Shown one piece after another: positions 1 through 10,616 of a stretch of DNA of 64,000 nucleotides; the first letter of the stretch is position 1; the number at the start of each line of letters is the position of its first letter. The stretch comes from Verrucomicrobiia bacterium (GTDB taxonomy: Bacteria; Verrucomicrobiota; Verrucomicrobiia; Palsa-1439). The stretch is taken from positions 41,420 to 105,419 of the forward strand of contig DATJBF010000005.1 of assembly GCA_035515475.1 (NCBI GenBank), given 5' to 3'. Below the pieces are notes generated by a model. The model was given only the letters and a program-made list of their open reading frames with translations. It had not been told where the DNA came from and ran no database searches. A program made the translations under genes and the position numbers.

Positions 1-622
1 GGTGCGGCGTAGCGATGGTCACCAAACGTCGCACACCATGATCCGTGGGCTTGTTCAAGAGGTAGTAGTGCGACAGCAGTCCGCCCAGCGAGTGGGCAAC
101 AAGGATAACGTTTGGGCTGTCAGCGCCAGCGCTGGCACGATAGGCCACGCGAATTGCCGCAATGCGTTCGTCCAGCGTTTGCCGCCCGTCGGCGGGCGCA
201 TTCTGCGTGGTTCCTTTATACGGATTTGGAAGCGGCCAGCCGTCTCGATCCGCTGCCCAGGCGTTCCAGCGAATCGTGTCGAAGGATTGCCGGTCGCGCG
301 TGCTCACTCCCGGCCTGTCGCCGTAGTTGAAGGTGTGGAGAAATGCGTACTGGGTGGCACGTTGTGCGGATGTGTCGATAGGCAACGTGTTCGGAGCTTG
401 ATATGCGCCGAAGCTCGTATGCAACGCGTCTATCGCATTCTGCCAACCGGAGTCGTTTGCGTTAATCCCATGGACAAACAGAATGGGTTCAGGACGGTAG
501 ACACGCGGATCTTGTTGGGGCGGCGGGAGCCTCCATTCAAGCACCTTGGAAGTCTGCGACAGAGCCGAGAACTGCATGCCGCAGAGAAAGCAGATGCCCA
601 AGGAGAAGATACGCTTCACCAT
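1..622 (-). CDS. alpha/beta hydrolase, lipase-like (partial; 3' end lies before window start)
   Basis: Manual minus-strand translation from ATG 622..620 gives MVKRIFSLGICFLCG... (signal-peptide-like) and a nucleophile elbow VILVAHSLGGLLSHYY (G-H-S-L-G). There is no stop in the window, so it is absent from the ORF track. The start overlaps the stop of the upstream TolB-like gene (ATGGTGA). Confidence 0.6.
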   Translation of the reverse strand, partial: MVKRIFSLGICFLCGMQFSALSQTSKVLEWRLPPPQQDPRVYRPEPILFVHGINANDSGWQNAIDALHTSFGAYQAPNTLPIDTSAQRATQYAFLHTFNYGDRPGVSTRDRQSFDTIRWNAWAADRDGWPLPNPYKGTTQNAPADGRQTLDERIAAIRVAYRASAGADSPNVILVAHSLGGLLSHYYLLNKPTDHGVRRLVTIATPH

Positions 623-1845
623 TTGCTTTCCCTTTGAATGTCGCTGGATGCGAGAATCCACATCTTTTCCATCGCCTCATCAGAAAGCTGAATTCCTCCA
701 CCCCAGCCGCTGCAAAGAAATCCGAGTTTGCCCCAATGAGGCATCACGATGTTTGCAGGTTGGCCATTCAACTTCGGCCAGTTCTGAACCTTTGGCGCTC
801 CATATCCGACCTTCTTGCCCGTGGATACGTCAACGATTCCTGCACTGACGGCAAAAATCCTCTTCCCGTCCGGGCTCCACGCCGGGTAGGTGCCAACGAT
901 TCCCTTGGTTTGCCAAGTTGGTTTGGCCTGTGGGTTGCCAATCTCACGTTTGTTCAAACCATCGAGATCCACCAGCCACAACGTTGCTCCTACCCAAGCG
1001 TCGCCAAAGCTGTTACGGCCAAGGTGAATCCACGGATTATGTACATATAGAACGCTCTTCCCATCAGGGGACACGCGGGGTTGAGTATCCACAGGACCAT
1101 CGGTTAAATAGGTGGGCTTCTCTCCATGCTCATCGCACTTAACTATTCTGGAGGAATTGGTTCCACGCCACGATTCGGCGAACACGATCCACCGACCGTC
1201 TGGCGTCCAGTTGGGGCTGTCAATTGCCTGCAGGCCGTTTTCTCTTTGCTCCGGCGTGATGATTCGTTTCAGTTCCCTACCGTCGAGATTGACCGTCCAA
1301 AGACCGGTGAGGTCACTACCTGCAAACGTGACCGACAAAGCTATCTTGCGAGTCTTCTCGTTCACGTCCATCCAGGTGGACTGCGCCTGGGTGTCAATCG
1401 GATACCGCACGTCATGCCACAACTCCTTGAGTTCGGTCTTTTCGCTGCCGTCCGGCTTCATCTTGCAGAGATAAATGCTGATGCCGTGGCCGACGTCCTC
1501 GGTCGTGCTGCCAGAAAGCGGATCGGGCACAAGGCGCTTCTTGCGGGTGAACCGCCCCACCTGTTTGAGAAAGTAGACTTCTTCTTCAGTATTGCTGAAT
1601 TGTGGCGGTTCGTTGGTCTTGGCCGACAGCCTCATCGCGGGTCCCCAATCGGCGCAGAGATACTCGATGTTCGCGAATTCTTGAGCGGATGCGGTGCTTA
1701 CGATAAGCGCGATGGCAAGAAGAGACCCCACGTGAAACGTGGCAAGCTTCGACAGGCTCAGGGTGACATTGTTAGGAGGGCTCGATTTCATCAATCTACT
1801 GCGATGGGAATTCGAAAGAAACGGCTGAGAATCAGGTCTGTTCAT
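616..1845 (-). CDS. TolB-like periplasmic WD40/PD40 beta-propeller protein
   Basis: 409-aa ORF with N-terminal signal/TM (probable start at MKSSPP, about 1791) and repeated PD40-like motifs (WTPDGRWIVF, SPDGKSVLYV, WSPDGKRIFAVS). Confidence 0.7.
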   Translation of the reverse strand: MNRPDSQPFLSNSHRSRLMKSSPPNNVTLSLSKLATFHVGSLLAIALIVSTASAQEFANIEYLCADWGPAMRLSAKTNEPPQFSNTEEEVYFLKQVGRFTRKKRLVPDPLSGSTTEDVGHGISIYLCKMKPDGSEKTELKELWHDVRYPIDTQAQSTWMDVNEKTRKIALSVTFAGSDLTGLWTVNLDGRELKRIITPEQRENGLQAIDSPNWTPDGRWIVFAESWRGTNSSRIVKCDEHGEKPTYLTDGPVDTQPRVSPDGKSVLYVHNPWIHLGRNSFGDAWVGATLWLVDLDGLNKREIGNPQAKPTWQTKGIVGTYPAWSPDGKRIFAVSAGIVDVSTGKKVGYGAPKVQNWPKLNGQPANIVMPHWGKLGFLCSGWGGGIQLSDEAMEKMWILASSDIQRESKW

Positions 1846-2087
1846 TATTCAGTGTCTCCCTCTCGGCTCATCCGAAGAAAAGAACCGCATCTCAACCCTT
1901 CCAACCAGCACGGATTCTTTCGCTTTCGGCCGAAAGTTCAAGACAAAGTGATCTCATGTGTGACCCGTTTCCATGCAAGCCGAGCGGGGGGCGTAGAACT
2001 CTGTCACGACGGATCGGCGCTTCCACGTACGGATACGTGGGGACGCCTGTGGAGGAGGCCTTGAGACTACGAACGGAGATTCACCGC

Positions 2088-4943
2088 CTATTTCCGGTCG
2101 ATCGCTTTCTGCAGGAACTGGCCGGTGTAGGACTGCGGGACCTGGCAGATCCGTTCGGGCGGACCTTCGGCGACGATGCGGCCACCCGCGTCGCCACCTT
2201 CAGGGCCGAGATCGATAATCCAGTCGGCACACTTGATGACGTCGAGGTTGTGTTCGATAACGAGCACGGTGTTGCCGGCATCGCGTAATTTGGTCAGCAC
2301 CTCGAGCAGTTTGGCGATGTCGGCAAAATGCAGACCCGTCGTCGGCTCGTCCAAGATGTACAGCGTCCGACCCGTGGCTTTCTTGGCCAGTTCGGTGGAA
2401 AGTTTCACGCGCTGCGCCTCGCCCCCGCTGAGCGTGGTCGCCTGCTGGCCGATCTTGAGATAGCCCAGCCCGACGTCCTGCAGCGTTTGCAGAATGTCGC
2501 GGACCTTCGGCACGGCGCGGAAGAACTCCTCGGCTTCATCAACAGTCATGTCGAGCACGTCGGCGATGTTGCGGCCTTTGTAGGTGATTTCGAGTGTTTC
2601 GCGGCTGTAGCGTTTCCCGCCGCATTGCTCGCACGTCACATACACATCGGGCAGGAAGTGCATTTCGATCTTGATGATCCCGTCACCCTGGCACGTTTCG
2701 CAACGGCCGCCTTTGACGTTGAAACTGAACCGGCCCGGGCCGTAGCCGCGGACGCGGGCGTTGGGCAATTGCGCAAACAGCGTGCGAATGTGGTTGAACA
2801 TTCCGGTGTACGTGGCGGGGTTCGAGCGGGGCGTGCGGCCAATGGGCGATTGATCGATGACGATCACCTTGTCGAGTTCTTCGACGCCAACGATCTCGTC
2901 GTGCGCGCCGGGCCGGTCCTTGGCGCGGTAGAATCTTCGGAACAACGCTTTCCGCAGAATCTCGTCCACCAGCGTGCTCTTCCCGGAGCCGCTCACTCCG
3001 GTGACGCAGATGAGCGTGCCGAACGGAAAACGGACGTCGATGTTCTTGAGGTTGTTCTCGCGTGCGCCGCGAACGGTGAGCCACCCGCGTTTCGGCGGGC
3101 GGCGGGTCTTCGGCACGGGAATCTGCAACTCGCCGCGGAGATACCGGCCGGTAAGTGATTTCGGGCTGTCCAGAATTGCCTGCAGCGGTCCCGCCGCCAC
3201 GAGGTGGCCGCCGTGCAACCCCGCGCCGGGGCCGAGATCGACGACGAAATCCGCGGCGCGAATGGTGTCTTCGTCGTGCTCGACGACGATGACGGTATTG
3301 CCGAGATCGCGCAACCCCTTGAGGGTGTCGAGCAAGCGATGATTGTCGCGCTGGTGGAGACCGATGCTCGGTTCGTCGAGGACATAGAGCACGCCGACGA
3401 GCCCCGCGCCGACCTGTGTGGCCAGGCGAATCCGCTGGGCTTCGCCGCCTGAGAGCGTGTCGCTCTGGCGATCGAGCGTCAGGTAGGAGAGCCCGACGTT
3501 CTTGAGAAAGGTGAGCCGCGAGCGAACCTCCTTGATGATCTCGCCGGCAACTTCCTGTTCGAACTGCGTCAGTTCCAGCGAGGCCAGGAACCCGAGCGTC
3601 TCGTCGATGCTCATGCGGGTGAGATCGATGATCGACTTGCCGGCGACCGTGACCGCCAGGCTCTCGGGACGCAGGCGCGCGCCCTTGCAGTCCGGGCACT
3701 GCATGGCCACCATGAATTGTTGCAGCCGTGCCTTGGTAAACTCGCTGTCCGTCTCGTCGTAGAGTCGTTCGAGGTTGGGGATGACGCCTTCGAACGGCTT
3801 TTCCATTTTGCGCCACGCGCCCTTCCGCCAATAAGTGAACTGGATCTTTTCGTCGCCCGAGCCGTACAACAATCCCTTCTGGGCGTTCTCGGGCAGGTCC
3901 TTGAAGGGGACTTCGATGTCGATGCCATAATGCTTGGCCAGACCGCGCAGCAACATCCGGTAATAGATCAGCAGACGCCGCCCGCCGCGACGCCACGCTG
4001 CGATCGCGCCGTTGGCGACCGATTTGTTCCGGTCGGGCACAATCAGATCGGGATCGAAAAACGGTTTCGTGCCCAGGCCGTGGCAGGTCCGGCATGCGCC
4101 GTCGGGCGAGTTGAACGAGAAATGTCGCGGCGTGAACTCGCCGTAGCTGATGCCGCATTCCGGGCAGGCGTTCTGACTGCTGAACAGACGTTCCGACCAC
4201 GGCGCGGTGACCGGCGTGGTCGCGGTGCGGTACAACGCCAGCAGCAGGCCCGAACCCCACTTGAGCGTCGTTTCGACCGAATCGGCGAGCCGCGCCCGGG
4301 TTCGAGGGAAGGCAGTCAACCTGTCGACGACCAGTTCGATGTCGTGGTTGCGGCGTTTGTCGAGCTTGACTCCGTCGGACAGGTCGAGAATCTCACCGTC
4401 GACGCGCGCCCGCACGAACCCCTCGCGTTTGATGCGGGCAACCACGTCGCGGAATTCTCCCTTCCGCTTGCGCACCAGGGGCGCCAGCAGCATGAGTTGC
4501 GTGCCGTCGCCAAGGTCCAGGATCTGGTCGACGATCTGGCTGGTGGTCTGGGTGGTGATGGGACGCCCACAGCGGTAGCAATGCGGTTTGCCGATGTTGG
4601 CGAAGAGCAGGCGCAGGTACTCGTAAATCTCGGTGGTGGTCGCGATGGTCGAACGCGGGTTGCTGCCGCCAAACCGTTGTTCGATGGCAATCGCCGGGGA
4701 GAGCCCCTCGATGTAGTCGACGTCGGGCTTCTGCAGGTGCTCCAGGAATTGTCGCGCGTAAGCCGACAAGCTCTCGACGTACTTCCGCTGGCCCTCGGCA
4801 TAGATGGTATCGAATGCGAGACTCGATTTGCCCGAGCCGCTCAATCCCGTGACGACGATGAGCTTCTCACGCGGGAGGTTGAGATGGATGTTCTTGAGGT
4901 TGTGCTCCCGGGCGCCGGCAATAATGATGGAGTCTTTGGGCAT
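2088..4943 (-). CDS. uvrA: excinuclease ABC subunit A (UvrA)
   Basis: Two ABC ATPase modules ([35 protein letters not shown]; second Walker [11 protein letters not shown]), zinc-finger cysteines, about 950 aa. True start is probably [19 protein letters not shown] at 4943; the ORF-track start at 5087 is an upstream extension. Confidence 0.95.
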   Translation of the reverse strand: MPKDSIIIAGAREHNLKNIHLNLPREKLIVVTGLSGSGKSSLAFDTIYAEGQRKYVESLSAYARQFLEHLQKPDVDYIEGLSPAIAIEQRFGGSNPRSTIATTTEIYEYLRLLFANIGKPHCYRCGRPITTQTTSQIVDQILDLGDGTQLMLLAPLVRKRKGEFRDVVARIKREGFVRARVDGEILDLSDGVKLDKRRNHDIELVVDRLTAFPRTRARLADSVETTLKWGSGLLLALYRTATTPVTAPWSERLFSSQNACPECGISYGEFTPRHFSFNSPDGACRTCHGLGTKPFFDPDLIVPDRNKSVANGAIAAWRRGGRRLLIYYRMLLRGLAKHYGIDIEVPFKDLPENAQKGLLYGSGDEKIQFTYWRKGAWRKMEKPFEGVIPNLERLYDETDSEFTKARLQQFMVAMQCPDCKGARLRPESLAVTVAGKSIIDLTRMSIDETLGFLASLELTQFEQEVAGEIIKEVRSRLTFLKNVGLSYLTLDRQSDTLSGGEAQRIRLATQVGAGLVGVLYVLDEPSIGLHQRDNHRLLDTLKGLRDLGNTVIVVEHDEDTIRAADFVVDLGPGAGLHGGHLVAAGPLQAILDSPKSLTGRYLRGELQIPVPKTRRPPKRGWLTVRGARENNLKNIDVRFPFGTLICVTGVSGSGKSTLVDEILRKALFRRFYRAKDRPGAHDEIVGVEELDKVIVIDQSPIGRTPRSNPATYTGMFNHIRTLFAQLPNARVRGYGPGRFSFNVKGGRCETCQGDGIIKIEMHFLPDVYVTCEQCGGKRYSRETLEITYKGRNIADVLDMTVDEAEEFFRAVPKVRDILQTLQDVGLGYLKIGQQATTLSGGEAQRVKLSTELAKKATGRTLYILDEPTTGLHFADIAKLLEVLTKLRDAGNTVLVIEHNLDVIKCADWIIDLGPEGGDAGGRIVAEGPPERICQVPQSYTGQFLQKAIDRK

Positions 4944-5110
4944 CGCGTTCGCCGCCAAATCCCGAATGATTTCAAAGTTCCCATTATAACCATGGTCTTT
5001 CCTTATCCCAGCGAAATTCGCCGGAAAGCGCTGGCATATCACCTGCTCAAAGGAATTGGCGTGGCAATAGCCACGAGAAAGCAACAACCTAACAGGGAAC
5101 CAAGGGACTC

Positions 5111-5434
5111 ATGGAAGCGACCGCAACGGAATTCGAACAAGGCGCTATCAAGCATGGCGACAAGCAGTTGGAGCAATTGCACAAGCAGATGGAAGCGCTG
5201 TACCAGAATCTGCGCACGGTTCGCCATGCCGTCAATAACAACGTCGCCGTGATTATGGCGATGGCCGAGTTGACCCAACGCAATCCGGCCCAATGCCAGA
5301 AACTCAGCCAACTCTGCCTCGACAAGGCACCGCAGATCGCCGCGGCCATCGGAGGGTTCACGGAACTCTTTGAGGGCGCCGTCAGTTTGCAGGAAGAACT
5401 GGACAGTCACACACCCGTCAGCCCGCGATCGTAG
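5111..5434 (+). CDS. hypothetical small protein (107 aa)
   Basis: Non-overlapped ORF in the intergenic space between uvrA and the histidine kinase, with good coding-like composition. No recognisable family. Confidence 0.3.
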   Translation: MEATATEFEQGAIKHGDKQLEQLHKQMEALYQNLRTVRHAVNNNVAVIMAMAELTQRNPAQCQKLSQLCLDKAPQIAAAIGGFTELFEGAVSLQEELDSHTPVSPRS

Positions 5435-5453
5435 GTGAATCACTGCGGTTCCG

Positions 5454-7094
5454 ATGTTGGCGCCCCCTCATGAATCGGGGCGTTCGCGCCGGCATCGGCC
5501 GCCCGTTCAACCAGAGACGACGGTGAGCGCCGACGATACATCTGAGGGATTGACCTTTGAGCAGGTTCGCCATCTCGAAAACGTGAATCGGCTCAAAGCC
5601 GAGTTTCTCGCCAACTGCAGCCACGAACTCCGCACACCGATTCACGCCATCATTGGCTATGCCGAACTGCTGCTCGACAGCGTCTACGGGCCGATGACCG
5701 ACGAGCAGGAACAAACGGTCCGGTTCATCCACGAAAGTGCGCAAGACCTGCTGGACCTCGTCAACAACCTGCTCGACCTCTCCCGCATTGAAAGTGGCCG
5801 CGCCGACCTGGTCCTCCACTCGTTTGACCTGCGCGATCTCATCAGCGAGTTGATCGGCCAGCTCAAACCGATCGCCGATGGCAAGCACGTCGAGCTCACC
5901 TCCTCGGTTCTCGTGAATCAACCCCTCATTCGGACCGACCGGGGCAAGCTCAAGCAGATCCTCATCAACCTCGTCGGCAACGCGATCAAGTTCACCGACC
6001 GCGGTGGGGTGACCATTGCCGTCTCCGTGGTGTCGCAACCTGGTGCCGGCGGCCGCGCCAACCCGCGATTTGCCATCGACGTGCGGGACACCGGCGTCGG
6101 CATTCCGCCCGACCAACTCGACCGCGTCTTCGAGAAGTTCTACCAAGTGGACGGTTCCGCGCACCGGGCGCACGAGGGCACCGGCCTTGGCCTGTATATC
6201 ACCAAGCAACTGGTCGATATGCTGGGAGGCGACATCGCAATCCAGAGCACGCCGGGCCAAGGGACCACCGCGACGGTATCTCTTCCCCAAAATTATGAGG
6301 AGATCGAAGGGATCCACCGGTTGCGGTCGCACATTGCCGCGGCGGGTAACACGGCGCGCGGCCCGGACGGCGACGGTCAACGCGTCGTCCTGGTGGTCAG
6401 TGAACGCCCCGACATCGCGCGCATTCTCGCCGACGGTCTGGGTTCCCACGAGTACGACGTTCGGACGGCGGGCGACGCCGAAAGAGCAGTGACGCTCGCG
6501 TGCAAGCTGCAGCCGCTGGTGATCCTGCTCGACGCGCAGGATTCCTCCTCGGATTTGTGGTCGACGTTTCAGGAATTGAAGATCAAACCGGAAACGAAGA
6601 ACATCCCGACCATCTTTCTTTCCAACAGCAGCGCCCACGGACTGGGCATGCCGTTGGCCGTCGCCGCACCACTCAGCCCGCGCGACGTTTTGCGCAGCGT
6701 CCGCGCCGCCACGTCCGCCGGCAAGAAGAACATCCTCATCGTCGACGACGAAGAAAGCTTCCGCGACGTGCTCAAGTGTGCGCTCAAGGATGAGGGCTAT
6801 CACCTCGCCGAGGCGACCACGGGCACGGAGGCCATCGCCAAGCTTGAAGAAGGCAAGCCCGATTTGTTGCTGTTGGATCTGAATCTCCCCGAACTCGATG
6901 GGTGGGGCGTGATCCGCTACATCACGCAGCAGGAGAAACTCAAGGACATGCAAGTCCTGGTCATCACGGGCGTGATGCTGGACGAACACGAGTCCGCCAC
7001 AATTCAGACGCACCAGTACGCGTTCATCAACAAGGAAGATTTCAAAGTCAACCGGGTGGTGAAGACGGTCGCCAGCCTGTTGGACATGAGGTGA
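5454..7094 (+). CDS. hybrid sensor histidine kinase/response regulator
   Basis: HisKA H-box FLANCSHELRTPIHAIIGYAELL, HATPase_c N/G boxes (NLVGNAIKFT, DTGVGIP, GTGLGLYI), then a degenerate and a canonical receiver (ILIVDDEESF...LLLLDLNLPELDGW). No TM or sensor domain. Confidence 0.85.
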   Translation: MLAPPHESGRSRRHRPPVQPETTVSADDTSEGLTFEQVRHLENVNRLKAEFLANCSHELRTPIHAIIGYAELLLDSVYGPMTDEQEQTVRFIHESAQDLLDLVNNLLDLSRIESGRADLVLHSFDLRDLISELIGQLKPIADGKHVELTSSVLVNQPLIRTDRGKLKQILINLVGNAIKFTDRGGVTIAVSVVSQPGAGGRANPRFAIDVRDTGVGIPPDQLDRVFEKFYQVDGSAHRAHEGTGLGLYITKQLVDMLGGDIAIQSTPGQGTTATVSLPQNYEEIEGIHRLRSHIAAAGNTARGPDGDGQRVVLVVSERPDIARILADGLGSHEYDVRTAGDAERAVTLACKLQPLVILLDAQDSSSDLWSTFQELKIKPETKNIPTIFLSNSSAHGLGMPLAVAAPLSPRDVLRSVRAATSAGKKNILIVDDEESFRDVLKCALKDEGYHLAEATTGTEAIAKLEEGKPDLLLLDLNLPELDGWGVIRYITQQEKLKDMQVLVITGVMLDEHESATIQTHQYAFINKEDFKVNRVVKTVASLLDMR

Positions 7095-7097
7095 TTC

Positions 7098-7844
7098 ATG
7101 CCACACCTGTTATTGATCGAGGACAATCAACACATCCAGCGAATCTTCCGCGAACGGTTGCAGCGCGAGGGGTTTCAAGTGGCCACGGCTGACGACGGCG
7201 AACAGGGTCTGCAGCGGGCCCGGGACCTTCGGCCCGACATTATTCTGCTCGACATCATGTTGCCGAAAATGGATGGGCTCGAGGTCTTGAAACATTTGCG
7301 GGAGGACGCCGCCCTGGCCAACATCCCCGTCTTCATGCTCTCCAACCGCAGCACGAGCAACGACATCCAGCACGCCCGCACGCTGGGGGCCCGCCGGTTC
7401 TTCGCCAAGGGCACCTCCGCGCTCCACGACGTCATGTGGCACATTCGTCACGAATGCGATTTCAAAAAGGTGCTGGTATGTGCCCCCAACGCCGAGGCTG
7501 CTGCGCCGATCGTTGGCGCGCTCGAACATCCCCAGGTGCTGTGCTCCGTGGTAACCGTGTTTGCCGACGCCATTGGCACCGCCTCGCGCGGGTCGCCCGA
7601 CCTAGTCGTTCTCGATGCCCGTCCACCGGCGGCGAACGCGTGTACGGCCCTGCAACAACTCAAGTCCAGTGCAGCGACGAAATCCCTGACTGTCGTCGCT
7701 GTGGGCGTGGACGAACCAGCGACCCACCGGGCCGATGCGTTGGTGGACGGCGCGCGCCTCGCCACCGACCTGCGCCCCATCGTGATGAAATCCCTCGGCG
7801 TGGAGCCGGCGGAGGTACCGGCGTTGGCCGCCGTGTCCGGTTAG
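7098..7844 (+). CDS. response regulator (CheY-like receiver plus C-terminal domain of unknown function)
   Basis: LLLIEDNQHIQRIF...DIILLDIMLPKMDGLEVLKHLRE receiver motifs. The start overlaps the kinase stop by 4 nt, suggesting an operon. Confidence 0.8.
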   Translation: MPHLLLIEDNQHIQRIFRERLQREGFQVATADDGEQGLQRARDLRPDIILLDIMLPKMDGLEVLKHLREDAALANIPVFMLSNRSTSNDIQHARTLGARRFFAKGTSALHDVMWHIRHECDFKKVLVCAPNAEAAAPIVGALEHPQVLCSVVTVFADAIGTASRGSPDLVVLDARPPAANACTALQQLKSSAATKSLTVVAVGVDEPATHRADALVDGARLATDLRPIVMKSLGVEPAEVPALAAVSG

Positions 7845-7846
7845 CC

Positions 7847-9679
7847 TCAACGCGGCGCCGCGTCCGCTTCCAATTCCTCGAGGCGCTCCTCGATCGTCAC
7901 CGCCGTCGATTGCACGCGGCACAGGTGCGCGTACAAGCCGTCCTGGGCCATCAACTCCTCGTGGGTGCCGCGCTCGATGATCCGGCCCGACCGCACCACG
8001 ATGATCTGATCGGCGTTGCGCACGGTCGAGAGCCGGTGGGCGATCACGAAACTCGTGCGATGCGCCATGAGTCGCTCGAGCGCTTCCTGGATCAGTTTCT
8101 CCGTTGCCGTGTCCACGCTCGCAGTCGCTTCGTCGAGAATGAGTATCGGCGGATCTTTCAGCAGCGCCCGGGCAATGCTCACCCGCTGTTTCTCGCCCAC
8201 GCTGAGTTTCACCCCGCGCTCGCCGACGCGGGAGTCGTACCTCTCGGGCAAGCGCATGATGAACTCGTGGCAGTTGCCCGCCCGGGCCGCCTCGATCATC
8301 TCCGCCTCCGAGGCTCCGAGTCGTCCGTAGAGAATGTTTTCGCGAATGGTGCCGTTGAACAAAAACGCTTCCTGCGACACGATGCCGATCTGGTCGCGCA
8401 GCGATTTGAGCGTCACCTCACGAACGTCGTGGCCGTCGATCAGGATTTGTCCGCCCGTCACGTCGTAAAACCGCGGGAGCAGATTCACAATCGTCGTCTT
8501 GCCGGCCCCGGTTGGTCCGACCAGCGCGATGGTCTCGCCCGGGCGGGCGTGGATCGTGACCTCCTGCAACACCGGCAGGGCCGCGCGGTATTGGAAGCTC
8601 ACGCCGCGATATTCGACGGCGCCGCGCGCGCGGCCGCTGAATTCCGCCGCTCCGCCTGTCTCGGCCACCTCGATCGGCGCGTCGAGGATGTCGAACACGC
8701 GTTCGCCCGCGGCCCGTCCCGCCTGGAACATCTGGTTCAGCCCGTGCAGCGAGCGCACCGGCTGATACAGCATTCCGAGATAGGCGAGGAAGCCGACGAG
8801 TTTGCCGAGGCTGAGTTGATCGGCAATGACCGCCCGGCCACCGAGCCAAAACACGATGACGTAGCCGAGCCACGCGCTGAATTCCATCGCCGGCGAGTAC
8901 ATCGACCAGGCCCCCATCACCCGCAGGGTCGAGCGCCGCAGGGTCTGGGCCCGCGACTGGAACCGGCCGAGTTCGTGCGGTTCGCGTCCGAAGCCCTTGA
9001 TCTGGCGGATGCCCTGCAGGTTGTCGTGCAGCAGGGCGTTCAGCGCCGAAGTCGCCTGGCGCACTGCGCGGTAACGCTTGTGCGCGGTCATCGTGTAAAT
9101 CAGCGCGCCGGCGGTCAGCAGGGGAATCGGGAGCAGCGACCAAAACGTCAGCCGCGCGTCGAAGTTGATCATCATGAACACAACGCCCACCAACCCCAGC
9201 AGAGCGGTCGTGCCCTGTTCGATACCGTCGATCAGCACTCGCTCGACGGCGTTCACGTCGTCGATGACGCGGGTCATCAAATCGCCCGTGGCCCGTTGGT
9301 CGTAGTAGTTGACCGACAAGCGCTGCAGTTTGTCGTAGAGATCGCAACGCATGTCGAAAATCACGCGTTGTTCGAACCGGTTGTTGAGCTGGATCCGGAG
9401 AAAGTTGAACAGATCGCGCAGGAAACACGCGAGCAGCAGCAGTCCGGCCATCACGAGCACGAGATCCATCCGCCGATGGGCAATGACATTGTCGATCATC
9501 ACCTGCGTCAGCTTGGGAAACGCCAGGCCGGCGACCGTGGAAATGACCGCACAAACGACTGTGCCGACGCCAAACCATGGGTAACGCCGCAGGTACGCCG
9601 ACACGCGCACGAAGATTTCGCGGGCGCTGCGCCGCCGCGCCACCATCGTCTCGTCGTTCACGGTGTCGTGGTGAACCAT
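7847..9679 (-). CDS. ABC transporter permease/ATP-binding protein (MsbA-like exporter)
   Basis: Six-TM N-terminal domain plus C-terminal NBD with Walker A GPTGAGKTT, signature LSVGEKQRVSIARAL and Walker B ILILDEATASVD. The ORF-track start at 9778 is probably an extension; likely start is MVHHD/MVARRR near 9679-9646. Confidence 0.9.
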   Translation of the reverse strand: MVHHDTVNDETMVARRRSAREIFVRVSAYLRRYPWFGVGTVVCAVISTVAGLAFPKLTQVMIDNVIAHRRMDLVLVMAGLLLLACFLRDLFNFLRIQLNNRFEQRVIFDMRCDLYDKLQRLSVNYYDQRATGDLMTRVIDDVNAVERVLIDGIEQGTTALLGLVGVVFMMINFDARLTFWSLLPIPLLTAGALIYTMTAHKRYRAVRQATSALNALLHDNLQGIRQIKGFGREPHELGRFQSRAQTLRRSTLRVMGAWSMYSPAMEFSAWLGYVIVFWLGGRAVIADQLSLGKLVGFLAYLGMLYQPVRSLHGLNQMFQAGRAAGERVFDILDAPIEVAETGGAAEFSGRARGAVEYRGVSFQYRAALPVLQEVTIHARPGETIALVGPTGAGKTTIVNLLPRFYDVTGGQILIDGHDVREVTLKSLRDQIGIVSQEAFLFNGTIRENILYGRLGASEAEMIEAARAGNCHEFIMRLPERYDSRVGERGVKLSVGEKQRVSIARALLKDPPILILDEATASVDTATEKLIQEALERLMAHRTSFVIAHRLSTVRNADQIIVVRSGRIIERGTHEELMAQDGLYAHLCRVQSTAVTIEERLEELEADAAPR

Positions 9680-9770
9680 GCGAAACCATAGGCTGGGCGG
9701 CGCCCGGATGCACGTCCAAAAAATATCTTGCAATGATAAGGTGCTTTGGTAAAGGCTTGCGTCAGGTGAG

Positions 9771-10550
9771 GTGGCCATGCGATTTGGTGGAACTCAATCG
9801 ACGGGTCGGTTTCGGATTGTCTCGTGGGCGGTGGCCGGGTACGTGACTGTCGCGTCCGCACAGGCGGGCTGGCTCGATTTCCTGAAGCAAGGAGCAGGGT
9901 CTACCAACTCCAGCGCTGCGTCCCCCACGGTACATCTCTCGGCGGACGAGATTGCCAGCGGACTGAAGGACGCACTGGCCAAGGGTGCTGAGACGGCCAT
10001 TGGCAATCTGAGCAAGACGGACGGTTTCCTGAAGAACCTTGAGGTGAGGATTCCGCTGCCCGATTCGCTGGTGGAGATCGAGAAGGGCTTGCGGCTCGTG
10101 GGCCAGCAGAAGTACGCCGACGAGTTTGTCGCCGCGCTGAATCACGCCGCCGAGACGGCGGTGACCGAGGCCGGACCGATTTTCAGCGAGGGGATCCGGC
10201 AGATGACCGTGGCGGATGCGGAGCAGATCCTCAACGGAGGGGACGACGCGGCCACACAGTATTTTCGGAAAGTGGGCGAGTCCCGCATCCAGGAGAAGAT
10301 GTTGCCGGTTGTGAAAGCCGCCACTGAAAAAACCGGGGTGACGGCCGCCTACAAGAATTTCATCGGCAAGGCGGGCTTCGCGGTCGTGCTTTCAAACAAG
10401 AAGGACTTGGACATCGATGCCTACGTTACGCAGAAGGCCACGGACGGGCTGTTCAAGATGATCGCTGTTGAGGAGAAGGAGATTCGGAAGAATCCGATGG
10501 CGCGCACCACGGATTTGTTGAAGAAAGTGTTTGGCTCAGCCGTCAAGTGA
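9771..10550 (+). CDS. secreted hypothetical protein (DUF4197-like by recollection)
   Basis: 259 aa, N-terminal signal peptide (FRIVSWAVAGYVTVASAQA), no TM. Confidence 0.5.
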   Translation: MAMRFGGTQSTGRFRIVSWAVAGYVTVASAQAGWLDFLKQGAGSTNSSAASPTVHLSADEIASGLKDALAKGAETAIGNLSKTDGFLKNLEVRIPLPDSLVEIEKGLRLVGQQKYADEFVAALNHAAETAVTEAGPIFSEGIRQMTVADAEQILNGGDDAATQYFRKVGESRIQEKMLPVVKAATEKTGVTAAYKNFIGKAGFAVVLSNKKDLDIDAYVTQKATDGLFKMIAVEEKEIRKNPMARTTDLLKKVFGSAVK

Positions 10551-10616
10551 GTTTGCCGTGGGCGCAGGTGCGTTCGCGGAGTTGTTGTTCTAAACCAGCA
10601 TTCAATCGGAGGCGAC

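Noticed and set aside
2-637. 211-aa plus-strand ORF at the window start
   Set aside because: No recognisable motifs, and the opposite strand encodes a clean lipase-like protein with signal peptide and GHSLG elbow. Plus-strand ORFs of this kind are expected by chance at 65% GC.
3717-5252. 511-aa ORF (and 2683..4260, 525 aa) overlapping uvrA
   Set aside because: Antisense or alternate-frame to an unambiguous uvrA; Arg/Ala/Gly-rich composition typical of spurious high-GC frames.
7436-9691. 751-aa plus-strand ORF and 8418..9719 433-aa minus-frame ORF
   Set aside because: Fully overlapped by the ABC exporter gene with clear Walker/signature motifs; translations are low-complexity R/A/P-rich.
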